Part shown: piece by piece, positions 20,052-30,713 of the stretch
How the letters are laid out: each line of letters starts with the position of its first letter
Position numbering within the stretch: position 1 is the first letter of the stretch
Source of the DNA: Verrucomicrobiota bacterium
Lineage (GTDB): Bacteria > Verrucomicrobiota > Kiritimatiellia > Kiritimatiellales > JBHORO01
Assembly: GCA_042566005.1 (NCBI GenBank)
Contig: JBHORO010000003.1
Coordinates: 1-63,914, forward strand
DNA length: 63,914 bases
Reading direction: 5' to 3'
Position numbers and translations under genes: made by a program
The notes under the pieces: model-generated
What the model saw: the letters and a program-made list of their open reading frames with translations, nothing else
What the model was told of the DNA's origin: nothing
Database searches by the model: none

Positions 20052-22091
20052 TTAGCCGAAGAGCAATTCAGCGTAAGACGGTAGCGGCCACAGATCCGCC
20101 GGAACGATTGCTTCCAGCGCATCTACGGATCCACGAAGAGCGTCCATTGCAGCGATCTGAGCTACAGCGCCTTCAGCAGCATCAACTGCTTTAACACCCG
20201 CCAGAGTCTTAGCAACGAGGTCGCTCATCTCAGCAACAACATCGTTCAGTGCCGCACAAGCAGCGCCTGCAGCAGCGTACTCGTTAATTGCAGTAACAGC
20301 CGCCGGAATAACCATAGTCTGAGCGATTGTCACGGAAGTATCCGCTTCGATCTGAATCAGCGTTTCATAGGCTTCCGTGTACACTTCGTAGCGAGACGCC
20401 AGCTCGTCCTCAGACAGTACTTTGTACTTAGTGAACAGTGCTTTCGCTTTTTCAGTAGTCAGAGAACCCAGAGCTGCCGGAGTTTTCACCAAGTTCGGCA
20501 TGCCGCGTTTTTCAGCTTCAGCAACCCATTCGTCTGTGTAGCCGTCGCCGTTGAACAGAACGCGCTTGTGCTCTTTGATGATGTCAGCCAGCACATCCTG
20601 CAACGCTTCATTGAAGTCGCCTTCCGCTGCTTCAAGCTTCGTGCAGATCTCATCCATTGCTTCCGCAACGATCGTGTTCAGTACCACGTTTGCACCCGCC
20701 GGGCTCTGGTTGGAACCAACCGCACGGAATTCGAATTTGTTACCTGTGAACGCGAACGGAGACGTACGGTTACGGTCCGTGTTATCACGCGGCAACTTCG
20801 GCAGAGCGTCAACACCCAGGTGAATGTGTCCACCCTCTTTAGTGTTGCTTGCACCACCCGCTTCAATCTGCTCCATGATGTCGAACAAACAGTCGCCCAG
20901 GAAGATAGATACAATTGCCGGCGGAGCTTCGTTAGCACCCAGACGGTGATCGTTACCCGCAGAAGCAACAGTAGAACGCAACAGGCCCGCGTGCGTGTCA
21001 ACCGCTTTGATCAGAGCACAGATCACTGTCAGGAACTTAGCGTTCTCGTGCGGGCTGTCACCCGGGCTCAACCAGTTTTTGCCATCCGGACCAGCCAGTG
21101 CCCAGTTGTTGTGCTTACCAGAACCATTGATGCCCGCGAACGGTTTCTCATGCATCAGGCAGGCGAAACCGTGATCGCCAGCAATCTTGCGCAGCACTTC
21201 CATCGTCAGCATGTTGTGGTCAACCGCCAGGTTCAGTTCCTCGAAAACCGGAGCGATTTCGAACTGAGCCGGTGCAACCTCGTTGTGACGAGTTTTTGCC
21301 GGGATACCCAGGCGCCACAGTTCTTTGTCAACGTCAGCCATGAACGCAACTACGCGGCTTTTGATTGCGCCGAAGTAGTGGTCGTCCAGCTGCTGGTGTT
21401 TCGCCGGAGCTTTACCGAACAGTGTGCGGCCAGTCTGCTGAAGGTCGAGACGTGCTTCGTACAGAGCCTTGTCGATCAGGAAGTATTCCTGTTCCAGACC
21501 ACAAGTCACTACCGCGCGTTTGCCATCCGTGTCGATACCGAACAGTTTAGCCAATCGGCAAACCTGATCAGACAGCGCACGCATGGAACGCAGAAGCGGA
21601 GTTTTTTTGTCCAGTGCCTGACCGAAGTAACCGCAGAATACAGTCGGGATAGTCAGTGTCGGGCCATCAGCGTCGTATTTGATGAACGCCGGGCTGGACG
21701 GATCCCAACCTGTGTAACCACGAGCTTCGAAAGTCGCACGCAGGCCGCCAGACGGGAAAGAAGATGCATCCGGCTCGCCCTGGATCAGTTCTTTACCGGA
21801 GAAGGAAGTAACTACACCACCCTCGAAATCCGGGAAGATGAAGGAGTCGTGTTTTTCAGCCGTAGCGTTTGTCAGCGGCTGGAACCAGTGCGTGTAGTGA
21901 GTCGCGCCACGCTCCATAGCCCAAGTTTTCATCGCATCAGCGACTTCATCTGCAATGGACATATCCAGCGCAGAACCCGTGTTAACCGTTTCAACCAGCT
22001 TATCATACGCTTCTTTAGAAACATAATTGCGCATCACTTTGAGGCTGAATACGTTTTCACCAAACGCCTCAATGGAGTTTACATTAGCCAT
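20052..22091 (-). CDS. glnA: Glutamine synthetase type III
   Basis: GATHYTHWFQPLT, AEKHDSF, EPDASSFPSGG, HEKPFAGINGSGKHNNW, DRNRTSPFAFTGNKFEFR; AAGGAG RBS before ATG 22091. Confidence 0.95.
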   Translation of the reverse strand: MANVNSIEAFGENVFSLKVMRNYVSKEAYDKLVETVNTGSALDMSIADEVADAMKTWAMERGATHYTHWFQPLTNATAEKHDSFIFPDFEGGVVTSFSGKELIQGEPDASSFPSGGLRATFEARGYTGWDPSSPAFIKYDADGPTLTIPTVFCGYFGQALDKKTPLLRSMRALSDQVCRLAKLFGIDTDGKRAVVTCGLEQEYFLIDKALYEARLDLQQTGRTLFGKAPAKHQQLDDHYFGAIKSRVVAFMADVDKELWRLGIPAKTRHNEVAPAQFEIAPVFEELNLAVDHNMLTMEVLRKIAGDHGFACLMHEKPFAGINGSGKHNNWALAGPDGKNWLSPGDSPHENAKFLTVICALIKAVDTHAGLLRSTVASAGNDHRLGANEAPPAIVSIFLGDCLFDIMEQIEAGGASNTKEGGHIHLGVDALPKLPRDNTDRNRTSPFAFTGNKFEFRAVGSNQSPAGANVVLNTIVAEAMDEICTKLEAAEGDFNEALQDVLADIIKEHKRVLFNGDGYTDEWVAEAEKRGMPNLVKTPAALGSLTTEKAKALFTKYKVLSEDELASRYEVYTEAYETLIQIEADTSVTIAQTMVIPAAVTAINEYAAAGAACAALNDVVAEMSDLVAKTLAGVKAVDAAEGAVAQIAAMDALRGSVDALEAIVPADLWPLPSYAELLFG

Positions 22092-22174
22092 TATCTTCTC
22101 CTTAGTATTAACCATTCCGGGTTTGAACCGGATTTAACTCAAACTTTACTCAAATTTTCAACGAGTCATCTTAA

Positions 22175-22191
22175 AGCACGTTTCGTGCCAA
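22175..22191 (-). promoter_or_regulatory. sigma54 (-24/-12) promoter of glnA
   Basis: Minus strand TTGGCACGAAACGTGCT with exact GG-N10-GC spacing, 84 bp upstream of the glnA start. Confidence 0.75.
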
Positions 22192-22602
22192 CTCAAACTC
22201 ATGCATTTCAGAAACATTCACTATCCACTACTAACCAGTGAATTACAACACCAAACACACGGCTGCACCAATCAACACGCCCCACACTCGCGAGACAATA
22301 TTGTAACCATTTGCGCGATATTGATTCAAATTTGTATCTTTCTTACCTCTTTATATAGGGCGACTGATCAAAACTCACACACCGCGAATCACCCTACAAG
22401 GCATGGGCCACAAACAATACCGATCGTGAGACATTTTTGTAACTATCGCTCAACCACGAGATTTTTGCGCCAGCCGGTCAATCGTCCCTGAACCTCATAT
22501 CCACCGCACCATATATGCCCTGACACCACAGGCCAAGCCTTTTGCCGGATGGAAGCTCATATCCTCAAACCGGCGCCGCAATCGTACGAAACTCACACAA
22601 AG

Positions 22603-22635
22603 AAAAACCCCGGCGAATAATCACCGGGGTCTTTT
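22603..22635 (-). terminator. Intrinsic terminator after tig
   Basis: AAAAACCCCGGCGA-ATAA-TCACCGGGGTCTTTT. Confidence 0.7.
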
Positions 22636-22657
22636 ATGTCTAACGCAAAAATGAAGC

Positions 22658-23953
22658 TTATTTAACTTTTGCGTTTTCGCGCAGGTAATCCAGCGCCTTG
22701 CGGAAGATCACCTGTGCCTCGATGTCGCCGAGCTCACCGCGCTCTTCGAGCTGCGCGCGCAGCTTAGCAGCGTCCGCACGCTGAGCAACCGCGATTTTCG
22801 CGATCTCTTCCTGTACTTCCTGTGCTGAAACTTCGAGGCCCTGCCCTTTAGCGATTGCCTTTGTGATGAAACGCAGTTTAACGCGATCCGTTGCAATTTC
22901 CTGAGCTTCGCTCATCAGGTCTTCCATGCCGCTATTGATATCAGCCTGGTTCATACCGCTGCTCATGCGCTGACGGTACAGTTCGTACATTGCGTTACGA
23001 GCCTGACTCTGAACCATGGATTCCGGAACTTCGATTTTTGTTTTCTTGAGCAGGAACTGAATGATCTCATCTTCACGACGAGCCTGTTCACGGCGAACAG
23101 AAGCATCTTCCAGGTTTCCGCGCATCTGATCGCGCAGACCTTCTTCAGAATCAACACCGAACTGCTTCATGAACTCTTCGTTCAATTCCGGCATTTTCTG
23201 TTCGCGGATGCCCGTTACAGTAACGTTGTACTTAGCTGTTTTGCCGCCCAGGGACTTAACAACGAACTCGTCGCGGAAAGTGATGTCTACTTCTTTGCTG
23301 TCACCGATGTTCATGCCAACCAGCGCATCACCGAGACCCGGCAGGAAGCTGTCCTCGTTAGCCATCATCCACCAACCTTCGCCTTTACCCAGCGTTTTGG
23401 CTTCCGGCTCAACTTCAGCCAGCGGCTGTCCGTCGATTGTCGCTTCGTAAGTCAGCTCGGCCATGTCGTCTTTGACAACCGCGCGGCCTTCAATGTCCTC
23501 GTAAGAAGCGTACTGACGACGCATCATTGTCAATGTTTCTTCAACGCGCTCATCCGTTACTTCTTCTTTTTCGTCTTTAACCGCGATGCCTTCGTATTTC
23601 GGCAGTTTGAATTCCGGCGGAACATCCACAGTTACAACGAACTCAAATTTTTCACCTTCAGCCATGCTCGGCTCAGTTGCGTTAACAACAGTCACCACGT
23701 CGAGCTCCTGCTCTTCAACGGCCTGGCGGTAGTATTTCGGAACGAGCTGATCGCGAGTCTGGTCAGCGATCTCTTTAGCAAAACGTTTTTTAACGATACT
23801 GATCGGAGCGCGGCCTTTACGGAAACCCGGCACAGATGCGAACTGTTTGTACTGAGCAACCACCTGATCGCGTTCTTCGCCTACTTTTTCAGCCGGCACT
23901 TCAATCGTCAGCAGCTTGCGGCATGCTCCCTCGTCTTTAACAGATACTTTCAT
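22658..23953 (-). CDS. tig: Trigger factor
   Basis: VPGFRKGRAP ribosome-binding signature, FKBP-like middle domain, 431 aa. Confidence 0.95.
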   Translation of the reverse strand: MKVSVKDEGACRKLLTIEVPAEKVGEERDQVVAQYKQFASVPGFRKGRAPISIVKKRFAKEIADQTRDQLVPKYYRQAVEEQELDVVTVVNATEPSMAEGEKFEFVVTVDVPPEFKLPKYEGIAVKDEKEEVTDERVEETLTMMRRQYASYEDIEGRAVVKDDMAELTYEATIDGQPLAEVEPEAKTLGKGEGWWMMANEDSFLPGLGDALVGMNIGDSKEVDITFRDEFVVKSLGGKTAKYNVTVTGIREQKMPELNEEFMKQFGVDSEEGLRDQMRGNLEDASVRREQARREDEIIQFLLKKTKIEVPESMVQSQARNAMYELYRQRMSSGMNQADINSGMEDLMSEAQEIATDRVKLRFITKAIAKGQGLEVSAQEVQEEIAKIAVAQRADAAKLRAQLEERGELGDIEAQVIFRKALDYLRENAKVK

Positions 23954-24061
23954 TTACAAATTCTCCTATGACTTTCCTCTATGCGAAAAAGGCGTAAAGA
24001 TATGGCACAGAACCGGTCAGGTCAAGCCGCTAAAACGCACTTTCGCACCCTATCAGCACAC

Positions 24062-24108
24062 AAAAAAAAGAGGCCGTACAGATGCAACAGCAATCCGCAC
24101 AGCCCCTT
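24062..24108 (-). terminator. Intrinsic terminator after rho
   Basis: Minus strand AGGGGCTGTGCGGATTGC-TGTT-GCATCTGTACGGCCTCT plus U-tract. Pairing relies on G-U, so it folds on the - strand only. Confidence 0.6.
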
Positions 24109-24124
24109 TGAACACTAGAGTTAA

Positions 24125-25840
24125 TTAAGCCTGCAGGGTCATCAGGAACTCGATATTGCTCTTGGTCTTCTTCAAGCGGTTGATCAGCAATTCCATAGAC
24201 TCTACGGCCGGCACATCTTTCAATGCGCGACGCAAGGTCCAAACCCGCTGCAATTCATCCGGATGCAACAGCACTTCCTCTTTACGCGTGCCGGACTTCT
24301 CGATGTTAATCGCGGGGAAGATACGCTTGTCAACCAAGGTGCGGTCGAGCGCAATCTCCATGTTACCCGTACCTTTGAACTCCTCAAAGATCACCTCGTC
24401 CATACGGGAACCCGTATCAACCAGAGCCGTCGCCATAATCGTCAGACTGCCGCCGTTTTCGATGTTACGAGCCGCGCCGAAGAAACGTTTCGGCTTATGC
24501 AGTGCGTTGGCATCCACACCACCGGAAAGAATCTTACCACTGTGCGGCTGGGTCGTGTTATAGGCACGTGCCAGGCGCGTGATACTGTCGAGCAGAATGA
24601 CCACATCCTCGCCCTGCTCCGCGCGACGCTTCGCCATTTCAATCACAACCTCGGCCACCTGCACGTGACGCTCCGGCGGCTCATCGAACGTAGAAGAAAG
24701 CACTTCCGCTTTCGTGTTACGTTTCATATCCGTCACCTCTTCCGGGCGCTCATCAATCAAAAGAATGATCAGTTTCGCTTCCGGATTGTTAACAGAAATG
24801 CTGTTGGCAATCTTCTGCATCAGCACGGTTTTACCCGTACGCGGCGGAGCCACAATCAGACCACGCTGACCTTTACCGATCGGCGTAACCAGATCCATTA
24901 CACGCATGGAAATCTCTTTCGGATCCGCAGCCAGCTCCAACGACAGACGCTGATCCGGAAAGAGCGGCGTCTGCTGCTCGAACGGGATACGGCGACGGTT
25001 TTCATCCGGGGTCATTTTATTGACCTTCTCCACCTTGAGCATCGCAAAGAAGCGCTCTTTCTCTTTCGGCGGACGGATGGCTCCCTCGATCAGGTCACCG
25101 GTCTTCAGACCCATGCGGCGGACCTGCGACGGCGAAACATAAATATCCTCCGGACATGCCAGGTAGTTGTAGAGAGAGGATCGCAGGAAACCAAAGTTGT
25201 CCGGCAGGACCTCCAAAATTCCGCGGCCGCGGATCTGTCCATTATTACGGGCGTGTACTTTCAGAACTTCAAAAACCAGCTCATGACGACGCAGGCCGGC
25301 AAAATCCTCAATCCCGGCCTCCTCAGCCTTTTTGTAGAGCTCCGTCTGCGGCAAGGTCTGGTAATCCCACAGGTTAATAAATGGGCCGGTACGAATCTCT
25401 TCTTCGTGATGACGGCCACCCTTGCGACCATGCTTACCGTTACGTCCCTTGCGCTGCTGGCGATTATCACCCCGCTGCCTATCGCCGCCCTGTTTCTGAC
25501 CCTGCGGCTTTTCTGCCGCAGCAGGTTTTTCGGATTTCGGCTCAGCCGGTTTTTCGGATTTCGATTCAGCCGGCTTTTCGGATCTCGGTTCAGCCGGCTT
25601 TTCTGACGGCTTGGCTTCAGCCTTTTCTTCCGCCTTCGGCTCATCACTTTTCGCTGTCTTTGCCGCAGTTTTTTTGGCCGCAGTTTTTTTGGCGGGCTTA
25701 GCTTCAGCCTTCGGTTTTTCCTCAGCAGCCGTCTTGCGCGGTCGGCCACGGCGTTTGGGCTTTTCTTCAGCCTCAGGCACTACTTCCACCTGAGCCTCCA
25801 CCGACTTGCTCTCAACCTTTTCTACTTTTTCTTCCGGCAT
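24125..25840 (-). CDS. rho: Transcription termination factor Rho with long low-complexity N-terminal extension
   Basis: [55 protein letters not shown]. Start ATG 25840 overlaps the coaE stop. Confidence 0.96.
   Translation of the reverse strand: MPEEKVEKVESKSVEAQVEVVPEAEEKPKRRGRPRKTAAEEKPKAEAKPAKKTAAKKTAAKTAKSDEPKAEEKAEAKPSEKPAEPRSEKPAESKSEKPAEPKSEKPAAAEKPQGQKQGGDRQRGDNRQQRKGRNGKHGRKGGRHHEEEIRTGPFINLWDYQTLPQTELYKKAEEAGIEDFAGLRRHELVFEVLKVHARNNGQIRGRGILEVLPDNFGFLRSSLYNYLACPEDIYVSPSQVRRMGLKTGDLIEGAIRPPKEKERFFAMLKVEKVNKMTPDENRRRIPFEQQTPLFPDQRLSLELAADPKEISMRVMDLVTPIGKGQRGLIVAPPRTGKTVLMQKIANSISVNNPEAKLIILLIDERPEEVTDMKRNTKAEVLSSTFDEPPERHVQVAEVVIEMAKRRAEQGEDVVILLDSITRLARAYNTTQPHSGKILSGGVDANALHKPKRFFGAARNIENGGSLTIMATALVDTGSRMDEVIFEEFKGTGNMEIALDRTLVDKRIFPAINIEKSGTRKEEVLLHPDELQRVWTLRRALKDVPAVESMELLINRLKKTKSNIEFLMTLQA
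25527..25603. repeat. Three-and-a-bit 24-bp tandem repeats inside rho ([12 protein letters not shown] octapeptide)
   Basis: Units TTTTCGGATTTCGGCTCAGCCGGT / TTTTCGGATTTCGATTCAGCCGGC / TTTTCGGATCTCGGTTCAGCCGGC at 25527, 25551 and 25575. Confidence 0.85.
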
Positions 25841-26442
25841 TACTGCATCCTTTCGCATTTGATGCGCTCAACGACGCCAAGCGTGTTTTCTCTTAATTCC
25901 GCCAGCGTTCCATCGTTATAAATCACATAATCAGCCCGGCTGATCTTTTCATTTAATTCCATTTGGGCCTGAATACGGCGACAGCTCTCCTCCTCGGAAA
26001 ACCCGCGTCGTGTCAATCGCTCCAACATATTCTGCCTGGAGGCGGCCACACATATCACCGCATCCCACATTTCTTCCCATCCGACCTCATACAACAAAGG
26101 AACCATGACCGCGCACAATCCCTGCTGAGCTGAAAGCCAGGACCGAATAGCATCCTGCACGGCCGGATGAACCATTGCATTGAGCCGTTGGAGAGCTTTC
26201 GGATCACAAAAAACAAGCTGCCCCAAAGAGCCCCTGTCAATTGAGCCCTCCTCATTCAACACTTGCGGCCCAAAAGCGCGCACAATTTCCTGAAATACTG
26301 GAGTGCCGGGCAACATCTGCCGGTGTGCAACCTGATCTGCATCGCAGACCGCCACCCCGAGGGCTTCAAGAATCCGACCTGTTTCGCTTTTTCCGCAGGC
26401 GATTCCTCCGGTTATACCGATCGAAAAAGTTGTTTTGCTCAT
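25840..26442 (-). CDS. coaE: Dephospho-CoA kinase
   Basis: [41 protein letters not shown]. Confidence 0.94.
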   Translation of the reverse strand: MSKTTFSIGITGGIACGKSETGRILEALGVAVCDADQVAHRQMLPGTPVFQEIVRAFGPQVLNEEGSIDRGSLGQLVFCDPKALQRLNAMVHPAVQDAIRSWLSAQQGLCAVMVPLLYEVGWEEMWDAVICVAASRQNMLERLTRRGFSEEESCRRIQAQMELNEKISRADYVIYNDGTLAELRENTLGVVERIKCERMQ

Positions 26443-26691
26443 ATGTGAATATTCACCGAGGCGGCTGATGAATTATCCCCGAGGTATTCTGGAAATTATC
26501 ATGAGGGAATCCCTAGTGCAGGATTTTTTTGTTTGTTGAATTTTTAATGTGAGACAAAGCCCTGCCAAAGTCAATGGTTCAATGTTAGATATTGATCCGT
26601 AATTCTTTTCGACAACACATCAATCTTAATGCACATATTTCCTGTCAACTCGTACCAGAAAAGCGCATGTTCTTTAAGAGGTATTATCACC

Positions 26692-29028
26692 ATGAGCACA
26701 CAACTCCAAATTCTAATTATCGCCAGCGCTTACGCCGAAACGACACATTTGACCCCGCTCCTGCGCGAGCTGGGATATAAGTTCACCTTCTTGGACGATG
26801 TCACGCAACTCGCCAAGCCCTCCCGGCTCGCCGAGTTCAACGCGCTCTTCATCTCGCTCCCCTATCTGAGGCAAGCGGACATAACTTCTCAGCAAGCACT
26901 GAAAAGCGTCCCAAAACACGTGCCCCTTTTCTTCGTCGCCGACCAGCTTGAGGACGAAAACTGCCACCAATGTGCGGGAGTACAATCCCTTGATACCATC
27001 GTCAACAGCGATGAAATGAGAAAAGATACGGAACGCTGCCTGCGTATCGCAGAACAGATGCGTTGCTGCGCATCTCCGACAGCATCGCCTGCGGCGAACA
27101 CATCACTTACCCCCCTCTACGCCCAGCGCTCCGGCATCCGCACGCAAAATAAGCTGATGCAGGAAGAGGTAAGCCGCGAACAACTCATTAACAATATCTT
27201 CGACAATATGCGGAGCGTTGCGGTACGGGGCTACAACAAAAATCGCGAAGTGATCTTCTGGAACAAGGTAAGCGAAGAGTTTTACGGCTATAGCGAAGAG
27301 GAGGCACTCGGCCAAAAATTTGAAGAGCTGATCATGCCCGGCTTCGCAGCTCAGGCAGCCAAAGGCTGGGAGGAAAAAAGAATCCCCATTCCGGCCGCCG
27401 AGTTCGCACTGAAACATAAAGAAGGTCATCTGGTTCCGGTTTTCTCCAGCCCTGCAGGTTTCAACAACCCGAATGGTGAATTTGAGATATACTGCCTGGA
27501 CATCGATCTCTCGGAAATAAAAGAAGAGCAGGAAGCCGCGAAAAAACTGTCAAAACTCCCGAGCGAAAACCCCAACCCGGTTATGCGCCTCAACCAAGAC
27601 GGAAAAATAGTTTATGCAAACCCGGCATCGGACCAACTGCTGAAACTGTGGGGCAAGCAGGTCGGAGATTCTATTCCCGATGAATATCGGGAGTTTTCCA
27701 AGCAGGCAATACAGGAAAAGCGCGTACTCTACCGCTCCATTGCATGCGAAGAACAAATATTCGATGCAGCCTTCACCCCTGTTGACCACGGGGCCAACTA
27801 CCTGAATATTTATGCATTGGATGTGACCGATCGCGAAAACGCATTCAAAGCGCTCCACAGCGCCAAGCTGGCAGCGGAAGCCGCCAACCGCGCGAAAAAC
27901 AACTTCCTCGCAAATATGTCGCATGAACTGCGTACCCCCCTGAACGGGATCATGGGGATGGCTCAGCTACTCGAACACTCCCCGCTGGCAACCGGAATGC
28001 AAAACGAAGTCAAATTGATCATTTCCTCGGCCAACACCCTTCTTGGTATCATCAATGACATTCTCGACATAACCGCGATTGAACGTGACAAGATCACGCC
28101 CAAAAACGAGGATTTCAACCTCAAACAAATACTCCAGTGCGCAATAAACGTTATCACCCCAGCCGCTGACTCTAAAAATCTCAGCATTTCCCACGACTAC
28201 CCCGTGGACCAGCCCGAATCCTTCAATGGGGACCAAAAATACATCAGCCAGACCGTCGTCAATCTGCTCAATAATGCGGTTAAATTCACCGACTACGGCT
28301 CCATTACTCTAGGAGTAGAAATCGACACCTCTCAGGTCAGCCTGTCCGTTACAGACACCGGCATCGGAATCCCCTCCGACAAACTGGAGTATATTTTTAA
28401 AAAATTCACACAGATCGACACCAGCAAAACACGTCGCCACGGCGGCACCGGGCTAGGACTCAACATCGCCAAGAACCTTGCGGAAAGCATGGGTGGCAGC
28501 ATCAGCGCCAGCAGCAAAGAAGGTAAAGGCTCAACATTTACCGTTACCCTTCCGCTGCAGGCCACTCAGGAAGAAAAGGCTCCAGAATGCGAGAAACAGA
28601 CGTGGTCGAGCAATCGCACCGCTCACATCCTGCTGGCTGAAGATAACCGCATAAATCAACTGGTCGCGACAAAAATGTTCATGTCGCTCGGTTGCGAGGT
28701 GGATGTTGCAGAAAACGGAGCAAAGGCGCTGAGCTATGCCCGAGACAACGATTACGACCTGGTCGTAATGGATATCCAGATGCCGGAAATGAACGGCATA
28801 GACGCCACCCGCGCCATCCGGCAAATTGAAGGTGCACGCGGAAAAGTTCCCATAGTAGCCCTTACCGCGCACACAACAAACAGCGACATGCGCGCCTGCA
28901 GCGACGCCGGCATGAACGGCTTTTTCTCCAAACCCTTAAAGCTCGAGGATCTGGAAAATATGCTCACCGACTTTCTGCCACCAAACAGCGAAGAAACCGG
29001 ACATGATTCCTCTAAGCACCCCTGTTAA
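26692..29028 (+). CDS. Cytoplasmic hybrid sensor histidine kinase / response regulator with two PAS domains
   Basis: FLANMSHELRTPLNGI, NLLNNAVKFT, DTGIGI, GGTGLGL, receiver AEDN...MDIQMPEMNG...KP; no TM segment seen; RBS AAGAGG. Confidence 0.92.
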   Translation: MSTQLQILIIASAYAETTHLTPLLRELGYKFTFLDDVTQLAKPSRLAEFNALFISLPYLRQADITSQQALKSVPKHVPLFFVADQLEDENCHQCAGVQSLDTIVNSDEMRKDTERCLRIAEQMRCCASPTASPAANTSLTPLYAQRSGIRTQNKLMQEEVSREQLINNIFDNMRSVAVRGYNKNREVIFWNKVSEEFYGYSEEEALGQKFEELIMPGFAAQAAKGWEEKRIPIPAAEFALKHKEGHLVPVFSSPAGFNNPNGEFEIYCLDIDLSEIKEEQEAAKKLSKLPSENPNPVMRLNQDGKIVYANPASDQLLKLWGKQVGDSIPDEYREFSKQAIQEKRVLYRSIACEEQIFDAAFTPVDHGANYLNIYALDVTDRENAFKALHSAKLAAEAANRAKNNFLANMSHELRTPLNGIMGMAQLLEHSPLATGMQNEVKLIISSANTLLGIINDILDITAIERDKITPKNEDFNLKQILQCAINVITPAADSKNLSISHDYPVDQPESFNGDQKYISQTVVNLLNNAVKFTDYGSITLGVEIDTSQVSLSVTDTGIGIPSDKLEYIFKKFTQIDTSKTRRHGGTGLGLNIAKNLAESMGGSISASSKEGKGSTFTVTLPLQATQEEKAPECEKQTWSSNRTAHILLAEDNRINQLVATKMFMSLGCEVDVAENGAKALSYARDNDYDLVVMDIQMPEMNGIDATRAIRQIEGARGKVPIVALTAHTTNSDMRACSDAGMNGFFSKPLKLEDLENMLTDFLPPNSEETGHDSSKHPC

Positions 29029-29959
29029 TCCGCTGCCGTTGCGCTCGCCGCTTGGGCACTCAGACGGAATTCTTGCCTTCGGGTCCTGTTTCGCGGAAAA
29101 CATTTCAGCGAGACTGGACGCGTACCGTTTCCGTATCTGCGCCAATCCGACGGGCATTCTCTATAATCCCGCCTCAATCCAGCGAGTGCTTGTCCGGCTT
29201 TTAGAAGGGCGTAAATTCACAGAAGATGACCTATTCATGCACAATGAGCTTTGGCGGTCATTTACGCACCACGGATCATTCGCGCACCCCGACAAACAGG
29301 AGGCTCTGGCGCAGATAAACACCGCATTTGAGACCGCATTAAACCAGATACAAAGCACCCGCGTCCTCTTTCTTACTTTCGGCAGCGCGTTTGCATGGTA
29401 TCTGAAAGAGCAACCCGGGGTGGCCGTCGCAAACTGCCATAAACTTCCGGCGGAAACCTTCGAACGCAGAATGATCCCAGCCCATGAAATTGCCCGCCAA
29501 CTAGGCGAGGTGCTGCAAAAACTCAAGGCACGCAACCCGGAACTTCAGGTTATTATGACGGTAAGCCCCGTACGGCACCTGCGGCACTACGCCCCGGAAA
29601 ACTCGCTCAGCAAAGCGCAATTGATCACGGCCAGTCATCTGCTTACTGCCGAACTCGACTTTGCCCACTACTTCCCTGCCTACGAAATCATGCTCGACGA
29701 ACTGCGCGACTACCGCTTTTACGCCGACGATCTGGTTCACCCGAACGAACTGGCACAACGAATCATCTGGGAACGCTTCTGCGAAACCTGCCTAAGTGAA
29801 AAAAGTCGGCAGTTTATCGCCGACTACACGCCCGTCCTGCAGATGCAGAATCACCGGCCGATCCATCCGGAAACAAAAAGCGCGGCGAAATTCCAGCAGG
29901 CACTGGAAAAGAAAATCACCGCGCTTCAAAAAAAATACCCGGATATAGGGATTCTCTAA
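29003..29959 (+). CDS. GSCFA-domain protein (SGNH-like)
   Basis: FGSCFAENI, NPTGILYNP, TVSPVRH, YFPAYEIMLDELRDYRFYADDLVHP. Confidence 0.9.
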   Translation: MIPLSTPVNPLPLRSPLGHSDGILAFGSCFAENISARLDAYRFRICANPTGILYNPASIQRVLVRLLEGRKFTEDDLFMHNELWRSFTHHGSFAHPDKQEALAQINTAFETALNQIQSTRVLFLTFGSAFAWYLKEQPGVAVANCHKLPAETFERRMIPAHEIARQLGEVLQKLKARNPELQVIMTVSPVRHLRHYAPENSLSKAQLITASHLLTAELDFAHYFPAYEIMLDELRDYRFYADDLVHPNELAQRIIWERFCETCLSEKSRQFIADYTPVLQMQNHRPIHPETKSAAKFQQALEKKITALQKKYPDIGIL

Positions 29960-29960
29960 T

Positions 29961-30713
29961 CTACCAAAGACCGACCTCGCTCGCCGGCACCCAGCCCTGG
30001 TTGCCGTCGGGCAGTTTCGCAAGCACCCAATCACCGCGAATTTTACTGATGCTAAACTCGGACGCCTCAGCCAACGGCCGGCCAAATGCCGGCTCATAGA
30101 TATAGCCATCCCCTTTGCGAGCCTGCGTCTGATAACTCAGCACCACCCCGTTACGCGGACCGCCCAAAAATGTAATGAGAACCGACAATGAAAAGATTAA
30201 ACTCAGCCCGCAGAAAGCCGCCAAAATCGCGACATTCAACTTCGCGCGCCATTGCCAGACGACTACTGCCGTGACAGCCAGCAGATAAAAAACCATCAAA
30301 AGCAGCATACGCACCCGCAGCGAAAAAATGATCCTTAGTTTCTGCCACAACGACACCTCTTTGTTGACTGCCACTTCGCCACCGCTCAGCTGAACGAGGT
30401 ACGCAATATTATCTTTAAGCTCACGATTGAAAGGCAGTACCTGCTCCGCCCGGCGATAGGCATGCAGTGCGCGCCCCCGCTCTTCCGCAAAGAAATAGGC
30501 GTTCCCGGCATTATACAACGCATCCGCCTTCAGCTCCGGCCGGCTCTCTGCCAGCGCCTCAAATTTCAGTCCGGAAAGCTGAAACAATTTGCGCGCCTTC
30601 AACGGATCAGATTTAGACACCGTTTTGGCTTCAGCAAACAATGCGGCGCCCTCTGAACAAAACCCGGACAGCGGAGCCAAGCAAACCAACAACATCAACA
30701 GAAAATGTTTCAC
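29961..30713 (-). CDS. BatE-like TPR / TM / SH3 protein
   Basis: LYNAGNAYF...ALHAYRRA TPR, two TM segments, C-terminal DWV...QGWV SH3-like motif. Confidence 0.75.
   Translation of the reverse strand: MKHFLLMLLVCLAPLSGFCSEGAALFAEAKTVSKSDPLKARKLFQLSGLKFEALAESRPELKADALYNAGNAYFFAEERGRALHAYRRAEQVLPFNRELKDNIAYLVQLSGGEVAVNKEVSLWQKLRIIFSLRVRMLLLMVFYLLAVTAVVVWQWRAKLNVAILAAFCGLSLIFSLSVLITFLGGPRNGVVLSYQTQARKGDGYIYEPAFGRPLAEASEFSISKIRGDWVLAKLPDGNQGWVPASEVGLW

Noticed and set aside
20568..22241. 557-aa ORF antisense to glnA
   Set aside because: It mirrors the codon bias of a highly expressed gene and has no recognisable motifs. The same applies to 24263-25606 (rho), 48313-49641 (EF-G paralogue) and 59132-60748 (cysN).
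25527..25603. Possible CRISPR-like repeats
   Set aside because: The units are contiguous with no spacers and are in frame within rho; no cas genes are present.
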